In this document: in pieces, positions 11,148-21,300 of the stretch
How positions within the stretch are numbered: the first letter of the stretch is position 1
How the letters are laid out: each line of letters starts with the position of its first letter
DNA from: Neophaeotheca triangularis
Taxonomy: Eukaryota
Assembly: GCA_054600435.1 (NCBI GenBank)
Contig: BAAIJX010000016.1
Location: 124,001 to 188,000, forward strand
Length of the DNA: 64,000 bases
Reading direction: 5' to 3'
The notes under the pieces: generated by a model
What the model saw: only the letters and a program-made list of their open reading frames with translations
Database searches by the model: none
What the model was told of the DNA's origin: nothing
Made by a program: the position numbers and the translations under genes

Positions 11148-12454
11148 ATGACCAGCCACCAAAAACTCCTCAACTTCCTCCCCATCTTCCTCCTCTCCCT
11201 CGCCAACAACCCCCTCACTACCGCCCTCCCCACCACTTCCAGCACAGACACCTTCGTCCTCCCTCTGCCTCTGCAATCCCAGCCCCTATCCCTCAAGACC
11301 CTAAGCCACAACCATTACGATGGTGACGGCGACGGATTGCACGCGCACAGCCGAGTCGTCGCCGATGACACTCACACCGGCCATGCTGAGCACGTCCACC
11401 ACGCCAACCATGCCACTCTCGCCAAACGCCTCCCCGGTGGCGTTAGAATGTGCACAGAAGAGCGCTTTGGCGGCTTCTGCTGGTGGGGTGTTTACGAGTT
11501 GAACACTTGTGTCGGGCTGGGGAGTTTGTGAGTTCTACCCTTTTTCTTCTTTTCCTCGGATCGTTGGGTGAGCTTTTGGTGCTCGACTAAAGGCCCAGGA
11601 AGAGAGCACTAACACTTACATCGCCGACAGCACTGGCAACATCGGCTCCTTCCGCCCAGACGAGCCGACGAATTGTTTCCTGATGCAGTGAGTACGCGCC
11701 TTGCCCGCAGTTTGCAGATCACGTCTCTCCTCCCATCTGCTCTGCCGCTGTAAACACTGCATCCCTTGCCATCTTGTCCTTCAAGACCCGGCGTCCGCAA
11801 CCATCACCTACCCAAAACCCCTCCCAACCTTTTGAAATCCTCGCGCTTTGAGCTTCTTGGAGCAAAATGCTGCATCGGCATTCCATACCACCCCGAACAA
11901 ACTCAACGTCCGCTCCCTGAATAATGTTCCCCCAAGCCCTCAATCACTAAAACCCTCCTACAAACTGTCTTCCCGGCCCCACACCCTGCGCCCCCTTATC
12001 TCCCCGCCCAACACCGACCTCCCTCCCCTCCTGCACAGTCCCACCCAACCCATCCCCTCCCGCAAAGTCTCCCTCCAACCCATCCCCGCCAATCCCCCAA
12101 ACTAACCCCAACCCCCCTCAACACAGAGGCGGCTGCAACGCCAACGCCCCCTTCGCCTCCCTCTACCACTCGTCGGAGGAAATCGGCCAATTGGAGACGT
12201 ATTCCTGGATCGGCTCGGCAGCGAGTTATATCTGTTTCGATGATTCTTTTTTGGCGGAGGGGGGGGAAGGGGGGATGGGGGATGGGGGGGTGAGTCCGGG
12301 AGTGAGTGGGATTGAGACGGGGATGGAGACGGGGGATGAGTTGGAGGAAGGGGTGGGTGGGGAGGGGGATGAGGAGGCGGATGAGGATGACGATGACGAG
12401 GAAGACGACGACGACGAGTGCGACATGGGAGAAGAGAGCGACGACGATGAGTAA
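11148..12454 (+). CDS. Secreted Cys-containing beta/gamma-crystallin-like protein with a pro-region, KR site and acidic tail; exons 11148-11527, 11631-11687 and 12127-12454
   Basis: Hydrophobic N-terminus and a His-rich pro-region ending in LAKR. Introns are 11528-11630 (GTGAGT..ACTAAC..CAG) and 11688-12126 (GTGAGT..ACTAAC..CAG). They splice in frame to LPGGVRMCTEERFGGFCWWGVYELNTCVGLGSFTGNIGSFRPDEPTNCFLMQGGCNANAPFASLYH...WIGSAASYICF followed by an E/D tail. Confidence 0.7.
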
Positions 12455-13214
12455 ATCGTCATGGAAGGGGGATCGAACGGCACGCAGACGCGCGAAAGGC
12501 CGAGTGTTGTCGAGACTTGCAGACAGAGACGAGAGCCTGGGCATTTCGCAATCATCTTTTTGCTTTTGCAAAGAGGGGAGCAGCGCCTTGGAAATTATGA
12601 AGTATTTCCTAGCCACAATAGTTTCCATTTTCAATTGTTGGCTTCACTATCTACCACTGCGAATTCACCCACCACCGAGTCGCCGCCCACACCCCCGAGC
12701 GAATGCAGGCTTTTGCAAAAACACGAGCAAAAGCAATTCGCCATGGAAAAAGGAAAAACGGTCAAAAACGCCCTCGACCGCAGTCTTGCTGTCATTTCTT
12801 TCCCGTTTTGGCATGAAGAAACAAGAACAGGACTCTTCATCTGCAAGTCTCGGCCCCGTTCCATGGCCGCATGCTGGGCACCGAGAGCTGCGCGTGAATC
12901 CCTTAGCGCCCGAAAAACGCCTTGGCCGCGGTATGGGTATCTCTTTCGCTACCGTTGTGTCGTGAAGAGGCAGCAACTCTTTCGCTGCGAGCCCTGACCT
13001 CTTTACGTAGCCACATTCCTAGCGCAAAGAGAACCCCCCAGAAACCCCAGAAACGCCCTTTATCCGATGCTGGTATCTCTCATTTCAGCGCTGCGCACGT
13101 AAAAAGACCTAAAAAACGCCATCGCGACAATCGTATACCTCTCCCCCTCGTAACAAGCTCTTCCTCACCGACCCACCACCACCACACCCACCTCCATCTC
13201 CACAAACTCTCACC

Positions 13215-16200
13215 TCACCACTGCCCCGCAGCCGCCGAATCAACCATATCCCCTCCAGTCCCAGCCCCCCAAGCCATCTTAGTAGCCCGATGGAAAACAG
13301 CCACACTCAAGACATGGCCAAACTTCTCCCCAATGCGCTCAAAAGTCCCACTTCTTACAAAACCCGGGCCAAACGGACTCTGCAACCAATTCGGCAGCCA
13401 AAATCGCTCAGGCCTGTCCGCCTCGTAAGGCACGCTGAAGAACAAGTTCTTGACATTTTGCTTGTAGTCGAGTTTGGCAAAAGTGGCGGCGCCCTGAAAC
13501 TCGACATCGGCGCGTTCCGTGTAGCCTTCGTCGAGAGTTGCGAGGAGTTTGTCGAGGAGGCATTTGCCGATGCCTTTGCGGACGTGGGCGCGGGCGGTCC
13601 AGATTTCGAGTTTGACGGCTGAGTCGTAGATGTCGTTGGCGGCGCCGTAGGGGGTTGCGAAGGCGAAGCCAATGACGGGGTCGGGCAGGGTGATTTCGGC
13701 ATAGCGTCCTGGGCGGCCATTGAAAGTGCGGGGAGGTTGGGTGGCGGTCTCGCAGGCGACAAGGAAGGGGAGGTTGGAGGCGCGGATGCGGCTGAAGCGG
13801 GCGTTCATGTCCTCGACTTCGATTTCTTCTGTCTCGGGCGCGGCGGTGTTGTACTTGATGTGGAGGTTGTAGAGTTTTAGAATTTGCGGCATGTCATCGC
13901 GGATCGCTGTGCGGATGCACATGTTCAAAGATGGCTTTGTTTGCACTGGGCGAAGAGAGTCAGAGTCGCGTTGAATTTTTGCTGCAGTTCGCGCAATCTC
14001 TTTCTGTTTGGCTTTGCGCTCGGCCGCCGCTTGTATCTTTGCCTGCTCTTGTCTCTTACGGTGGGCAGCGGCGTGGAGGGAGCCTTGATCGCTCTCACGG
14101 GCTGCTTTTTGTGCGTGAGTCTCGTTATCCGGGTCAATTCCCTTCTCCTCGGGCTCCTCGATCGTCTTCAGCCACGGCTTATTGATTCCGTAAGGGTATT
14201 CTTTGTCGACACCATTTTCGAATCGCCAGCGCTGCCACCATGGTATGGCGCCCTTTAGGTCTTCGTCGAACGGTTCAGGCTCCTTCGTCTCGATGTACTC
14301 GGCCCAGAAATCGTCGTACTGTAGATCGCCAAACAGCCAGGGACGCCACCAAAGCGGCGCAATCTCTCCACTCAAAACACTTTCCTCAGCATCCCTTATT
14401 GGCTGCTCAAGTTCCAACCCCTCCAGGACATCGTATACTTCATCAAGCCAATGATCAATTCTTTCCTTTGACTGATCGTTGCGGAACGCCGGGCGCATGT
14501 CCCAGTCAAGTGGCGGTGGGTTCCAGTTTCCCGTCCAGTCGGCCAGAGGCTGATCCGTCTCCCACGGTGGGAGTTTTTTGACCCGCTTTCCCCAGCCGCG
14601 AGTGGACGAAGTGGCCTCGGAGACCTCATCGTTCCAATCAATAGTTGGCGCACGAGGAACTGGCTTGATAGTAGAGGGTTTGACCCAGCGGGACTCCTTG
14701 GATCGGATAGGAAGTTCGGGTTGACGCTTCTTGCCTTTGCTCTTGCCTTTGCCTTTGCCATTGCATTTGGGCGGCAGTGGGTCTGGATCTGAAATGGCGT
14801 CTTCCTCCTTTCTGGTAGTCGAATAAGGTACGGCCGGTATGGGGTCCTCTTGGGCGGGCCACGCTTGGATGTTTTCCCCTTCGACCTGCGCGGCCATCTC
14901 GCTGGACCACATGTGAGCGAGGGATTCCCCTTGGGTGCGCATTATGCACGTACCTCTCAGCAGGGTTATGGACAGCGACAGGGCTACTTCTGCCGCCCTT
15001 CTTCGTGCGGAGGTGGGGTGGAACGTAGCTGCCGTCGGTGTCAATGGTATTCACTCGACGGCTGGCCTTTGGTGCGGGCTCAATTGCATGTCGATAGGCA
15101 CGCTGGTAATCCCAAGGTCGACGATCGAAATACGGGCGATACACATACCTGATTTGGGAGGGCACGGCCTCAGGAACATCTTGCGGCACCACGCTAGTGA
15201 CCACGCTGTTTGGCGGCTGTACTGAGTAGCTGCCTTGAGTGTAAGCGCGTTGCTCGTGGCGGTATGGCAGCACATTGTCATTGTGTTTGTTGCCAAAGCC
15301 ACTGTTTTGAGGCATTTGATGGTGTGCTGAAGGTATCGACTGATGGCCTCCGGCGTAGACATACCTCGGTTCTGCAGTAGTAGTTGTAGGAGGAGCTTCC
15401 GGGATAGCAGCCTGTTGGGCAGTCTTGACGGTTTGATGATGGGGCGGAATGTGTCTACCCGATCTGTGAATAAACTGTTCCTGCCAGGAGCCAGGCTTAA
15501 ACTCTTTCGCGAAAGGGTTGCAGTGGGCGCCGATCGGTCGTGAGATCGTAGCCAAGGGGCCAGGAAGTGCAACGTACCTAGGCTTGGAAGCGTCCTTTGC
15601 CTCCTCCATGCTCTCGGTTTTCTTGGGAGCCCTTGGCATCCGCTCTGCTGCCTGTTGTGATGGTACAGAGCTAGCCGTAGCAGTAGCTTGCGTCTTCTTC
15701 GCACGGAGGTGCGGCGGAACGTAACTGGCCATGGCGTAAGTATAATCGCCACGACAAGCTATCGGCTTGTAGCAATCCCAGCAAGAAGGCTTTTGCCCTT
15801 TGCGGAACGATGGATCGAAGAGAGCTACGAAGTCGTTCCAGCCTGCTTGGTTTTCAGGGACATACCTCTTCTTCGGGGTGGTGCCGCTATCAGATGCTTC
15901 AGGGGCTGGAGCTGTGATGGAGGCGCCGTGTTCGGAGCTGCCGGTGGCGTTGTCGATGTCAGGGTCAGGGACAGGCGGGCGTGCCTTTCCGTTGAGAGCA
16001 CTCGCACCCTCGGTCGAGGTATTTTTGTCGAGAGTGGTAGTCGTGTCTGCATCATGAACACCGTTAGCCGTTAAGTCCATCGCATCCCGCCGCTCACTCT
16101 ACGACGCGCAATATGCGCTCCGCAGCCCACAAATCGCGTGGTAGGTTTTGAATAGGGCGTTAGTGTAGAATTCACTTACTCTTGCTGATGGCGCGCGCAC

Positions 16201-16411
16201 TGGCAGGTGGAGCGTTCCCCTGCTTTAGACCGTCACCGGCGCTGGGAAGCATGGCAGAACGGGTGTTGCTGGTCGTCGGCTGGTGCGCAGTCGAGTCGTT
16301 GTGGGTAGGTGCTGGTGGTTCAGGAGCAGCAGATGGAGTCGGTAGAGGGTCTACCCATTTGAAGCGCGACTGCTTCTTGGGGGCAGGCTTTTTGGTGTTG
16401 TTGTTGGACAT
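13215..16411 (-). CDS. GNAT N-acetyltransferase-domain protein with a long disordered N-terminus; proposed exons 16411-16180, 16046-15866, 15724-15578, 15454-15365, 15229-15149, 15028-14954 and 14901-13215
   Basis: C-terminal GNAT domain (IRTAIRDDMPQILKLYN...VIGFAFA...HVRKGIGKCLLDKLL...FVRSGTFERIGEKFG). Intron 14902-14953 (GTACGT..GCTCAC..CAG) joins the 480-aa and 609-aa ORFs. Intron 16047-16179 (GTAAGT..GCTAAC..CAG) joins the first exon in frame. Confidence 0.82.
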
Positions 16412-16647
16412 GGTGTAAGAGTGAAGGCGACGGGGTAGGTATAGGTGTAGGTCAAGTTGCGCGGCGCGCAAGCAACGGTGTGGTGAATTTGGGGTTTTTC
16501 TGAGTCGCAACATTGGTTAGAAAGGGGAAAGTGGCCTGCGATTTGAAGGGAGAGGCATACCTGAGGCAGTTCAAGAAGAGTGAAGGCGTTCTTATGTTGA
16601 TGAAAGACAGTAAGATGCTGTTCGTTCATCCAAGAGAGAAGCAGAGG

Positions 16648-16667
16648 GAGAGAGAGAGAGAGAGAGA
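16648..16667. repeat. (GA)n microsatellite in the divergent promoter between the GNAT gene and ARL2
   Basis: gagagagagagagagaga run seen directly. Confidence 0.85.
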
Positions 16668-16877
16668 TTCGTCTTTCTAAAGTGTGAGAGAGGTGGAAGG
16701 TGGCGGGGAAGGAGAGGGAGGGAGTGTGAGGCCCAATGTGGTGTTTATCGACGTTTCAAGCCACGTGATTGGCTGGATTTCGAAAAAGGTGTATAAGGTA
16801 TGGCTTCACTCTTGCTCTCTTTATTCTTGCTACAACACCAAGTATAAAATTTCTGGTAGTCTTGTATTTCCCTCGAC

Positions 16878-17764
16878 ATGTTGTCGATATTACGAAAAGC
16901 GCGTCTTAAGGACAAGGAAATGCGCATCTTGATGCTGTACGTGGCATGCGCTTGAGCAAGTACTTACTCTTTGACTTACAGCTGATTGCCTTCCAGTGGC
17001 CTGGACAATGCCGGCAAGACGACGATTGTGAAGAAGATAATGAACGAAGATGTGAACACAGTCAGTCCGACTCTCGGGTTCATCATCAAGACGATCGATT
17101 ACGATGGGTAAGAGCAATGCAAAATCAGCGCCGGGAAACAGAATTGACAGTTTGAGAAGATACAAACTCAACATCTGTAGGTCTGCCCTGCCGACTGTGG
17201 ACCTCAACGACCGCTGACAGTCTCCATCAGGGGATGTGGGAGGACAAAAGACACTCCGCACATACTGGAAGAATTACTTTGAGAAGACGGATACCCTCAT
17301 CTGGGTTGTCGATGCGACGGATAGGGAGCGCCTAGAAGACTGCAGACAGGAGCTGGACGGCCTCCTGCTGCAAGAGGTGGGGGCCATGAACGACATCAAA
17401 GAGGATAGGAGGCCGACTGCTGACCTATCGTACCAGCGTCTGATGGGTGCCAGCTTGCTGGTGTTCAAAAACAAAAGCGATGTCTCGGGCTCAATGAGCG
17501 AGCAGGAGATTCGTGAGGTGCGCTTGCTCCTCGTCTTCCCTCACCACTGAACACCTCGAGCTGGGCAGCCAGTCCGGCCCGGTTTAGTCATCTCGTTCGT
17601 GGTTTTGCTAACCCAAGCCCGAGCATTTGCAGGGATTACGGCTCGACGAGATCAAGACGCACAAGTGGAAGATTCTGCCGTGTTCTGCCATGACGGGCGA
17701 GAAGCTGCAGGAGGGTTTGCAATGGGTCGTTCAAGATGCAAAGGACCGTTTGTTTCTATACTGA
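16878..17764 (+). CDS. ARL2: ADP-ribosylation factor-like GTPase Arl2 (Cin4/Alp41); 6 exons: 16878-16936, 16997-17107, 17160-17176, 17231-17376, 17437-17517 and 17633-17764
   Basis: Spliced translation [33 protein letters not shown]...[21 protein letters not shown]...NKSD...[27 protein letters not shown], with five canonical GT-AG introns. Confidence 0.95.
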
Positions 17765-18392
17765 TCAGTGGTGATGGATGGGAAGCGATAAGGCAATTGG
17801 CGAGTAAGGTACCTCCCTACATACCTGTAGGTATTTAATTTATTAGTACAAGGCTCGGCGAATTCGGCTAGCGGCGTTTGATGAGCCGTCGGGTGTAAAC
17901 AAACGGGTTATCAACTTAAGGTATCCTACCCTACCTACACGACAAGACACGCCTCGACACGCACGGGAGGCTTTCGGCACACACTACAGAAACAAGCACA
18001 CGGTCTGGAAAAAGGCCCGAGGGACTTGTTCACTGAAGATTGATCAAGGAGGTCGCATGATGGTCGCCTCGCCTCGATACCTCCTAGCAAAGTTGGTGAT
18101 TTAGGGTAGGGGTTGATGAGCATTCCTGGTTACGAATCTACGATTTGCGAATGGATGCGTATCCGAGTCCAGCCAACAGTCTGGCCCGTGATTAGATAGT
18201 AGTAGTAGTAGTTAGGTAGTAATAGTGGTTAGAGTACTGTATCATCATCCGTCTACATTCAAACGAGCACTCCTTCTTTCCGCCCGTGTACTCTACATGA
18301 CCTATTCTGCTTCTCGTGATACCCTTCCTTTTGTTTCTAGCTGCGGTGCCGCTTTGTCCGACAAACGCAGCACATCCCTGTCATTACAGACC

Positions 18393-21300
18393 ATGGACGC
18401 TCATCATCATGCATCTCCGGCTTCACGCCCGTCGCTGGACAAGATTGAAGACCGGGACGACGACGACGGCGGCGGCGACGACGACAACGACCTCGACCCG
18501 GCCAAGTTCCTCCAATCGGTGCGCGAACTGTCGCATCAGCGAGAAAGAGAAGACAGCGAGCGCTATCGCAAGTTGGAGGAAGAGGTTGAAAAGGGCAGAC
18601 AGGAGAGACTTGCCCGCAGAGCTGGTGGGTCTCCTCTCCATGTTGACGTTAGCCCATGATCCCGTGTCTGTTGTTGCTTGCTCGCTTTGGTTCGTTGCTG
18701 TGCTGCACTTCTGCTTTTGGCTGGTGCTGCAGCTTTTGGCTTTTGCGGAGAGGTCGGCGACAACAACTGCCCCCTCCCCCCTACAGTACCGTTCGATACC
18801 TAACTACTGCAACTTATCTACACACCTCACTGACAACATCTCTCTCTTTATCCCCTTTAGAACGCGCACAATCTATTACTGATAGGGCAGAGACTCCCAC
18901 ACATTCGCTTGCTTCTCCGCTACACACGCCAAGTGCGTCCAATGCCATCAGTCCGCCGCCTTTAACCACCCCGCCCTCGACATCAACAACACCACTCAAT
19001 CGCATGCTGAAAGAGTTTCCACAACAATCGCCAATGGATCCCCCACAAAGAAAGCCATCACCCGCCGGGGAGGATGTGCCCGAATTCAAGGGCTTTGGTT
19101 CCATGCGCAGACCCAACTCTTCCGCGCAAAGCTCTCCTCAACCCACCGAATCCTCCCCGAAACCCTTTCCCAGCGCTGGCATCCCGACTCGTCAGGCTAC
19201 GAACCCTTGGCAGCGCCGGCCGGCTTCACGACCCAATGGCGCAAGGCCACTATCAACACTCGCTAGAGAAAACAGCGCGCACTCAAGGGACTCATCCACC
19301 GACCAGCCGGAACTAAGTAGAGATCAGATTGCCGCATCACTCGGCTCGCGTGACCCGTCTTGGTTTCGACAGACAGCCGACAGAGGAGCGGGAAATGCAG
19401 CATTTCGAAAAAGTAAGGAAGAGACAGGAGGAGACGATGCTATGGTGAGCGGGAGGAGACATTTACCAGGTCTATCACGCGAGGGATCTGTAGAGACTGC
19501 GAGGCCATCTAGCCCGGGGAGAGAGAGCTTGGGCTCGGACTCTGCTTCCAAAGTCGACTCTGCGCGTGATAGCTCTTGGATTGGCCGACCAGCGAGCGGG
19601 TCTGTTTCAGGGGAACCCGCCAAGACGCCTTCGGTTTCTGACCGAGCATCTACCACGGACAGCGAATCGTCAGGTCTCGGCCGCACCATGACCATGTCTT
19701 CTTCGCAAGCCAAGATAGCAGCCGGGGGAGTTGAGAGGCCGTCTTCGCCCACAAAAGGCACGGGTGGATTCGTGCAGAGCGCAATGATGAGGCGGACGGA
19801 CAGCGTGAGCAAGAGGTGGAGCGCACAGCCAAGCGGGAACATAAGCAGGCAAAATTCCACTCTTTCAAGAAGCGGCATTGGAAGTGTGAGGGAAGGTTAC
19901 GGTGGACTGCAAGGCTCGCATAGTATGCCGAGACTCGAGTCGACCAGCAACAGCCGCGAGGGTTCCAACGAGCCATTGTCACGCCCCAGCTCGAGCAGCA
20001 GCAACCTGACAAACCTCACAATCACCACCAACGACAACGACGGCTTCAAGAGGCCGGCTCTACCGCACAGCCGTTCGAGATCCATTGCAGATTCCTACTC
20101 CACAAACCCGCAAGAGTCAGCCTCTTCACTACCTTCTAGTCCATCCAAACGCCTCCCCAGTCCGACCAAGACGAAATCAAGCTGGCTGGAAAGCGCCCTT
20201 ACCAAACCCGAATCGCCTCAGCCCTCGCCTACGAAAGAGAAGGAACAACCAACATGGATGGCCAACATAGCAAAAGCCAAAGAGCAGCGCGCGAGTGTCG
20301 ATCTTTCCTCGCCAGCGAAGGAGAAAGAACAACCCGCATGGATGGCCAATATAGCCAAGGCTAAAGAGCAGCGCGCAAGCGTCGATCTCTCGAGAGCAAG
20401 CATGCCAAAGGCTGCAGAAGAGGTGACGACTCCTCGCTCTGGTTCACCCACCAAGGCCGCGTTTGGTCAGTCCTTGCTCAAGCGATCCGAATCTCGGGAT
20501 CTGCGCAAGGAAGCGCCGGCGCCTGTGCGTTCTGTCACTCCGCCAACCAAAGCGAAGCCACCAAATCTTGCTAGTCGACCGACAAGTTTGGTTACTTCTG
20601 AGGCCTTGCCCGCTGCACCTTCGAATGCTGACTCCACTCTGAAAATGCCATCACCTGATGTGGAAGCTGGTTCTGAGAATGAGAGCAAGGCGCCACCGAG
20701 CAATGAGGTAGTGGACGAGCCCGCTCTGAAGACCGAGGAGCCAAAGCCTGCTGAAGATGAGGCGGTCAAACCTGCGCCTCCGGCCCTCAAGAGTATTCCA
20801 AAGTCGGATTCTCCAGCGCCTCTCAACATCAAGAGCGCCGCAAAACCAGACACTCCACCAAAGAAGGACTTCCGAAGCAATCTCAAGGCACGCCCACCAC
20901 CGGAAACAAAATCTAAAGAAGAACCAGAGTTCTTGAGTAAGATTAGTGCTCTCAAGAAGGCTCAGACACAAAAGTACGAGGCACCAGACCTCTTGAAGGA
21001 CAACATTTTGCGAGGCAAGTCCGGCCTAGCTGTCACCAGTGGGCCCCAAAAGACCGTACGGCGAGACGAGCTCAAGGAGTCGTTGCTAGCCAAGAAGGAT
21101 GAATGGAAATCGGTAAAGGGGGAGGGCCGAGCGACTCAGAGGACGCCTGCGGCACCACCTCAAACGCCCACTAAGCCCGAGGCTCTTGCCAAGAAGGACA
21201 ATATGGGCAGAACAGAATCGCTGCGCAAGACCGAAGTACCCGAGAAGCCGAAAGAGGCAACGCCCGAGGCATTGTCCAGATTTCGCAGCTTGCAAGATAA

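Noticed and set aside
11996..13428. Several overlapping 100-220 aa ORFs on both strands
   Set aside because: Products of low-complexity, GC-skewed sequence with no recognisable domains. The spliced secreted gene explains the coding signal.
14638..15044. Overlap of the 480-aa and 609-aa minus-strand ORFs as a programmed frameshift or two genes
   Set aside because: A canonical 52-nt intron (14902-14953) joins them.
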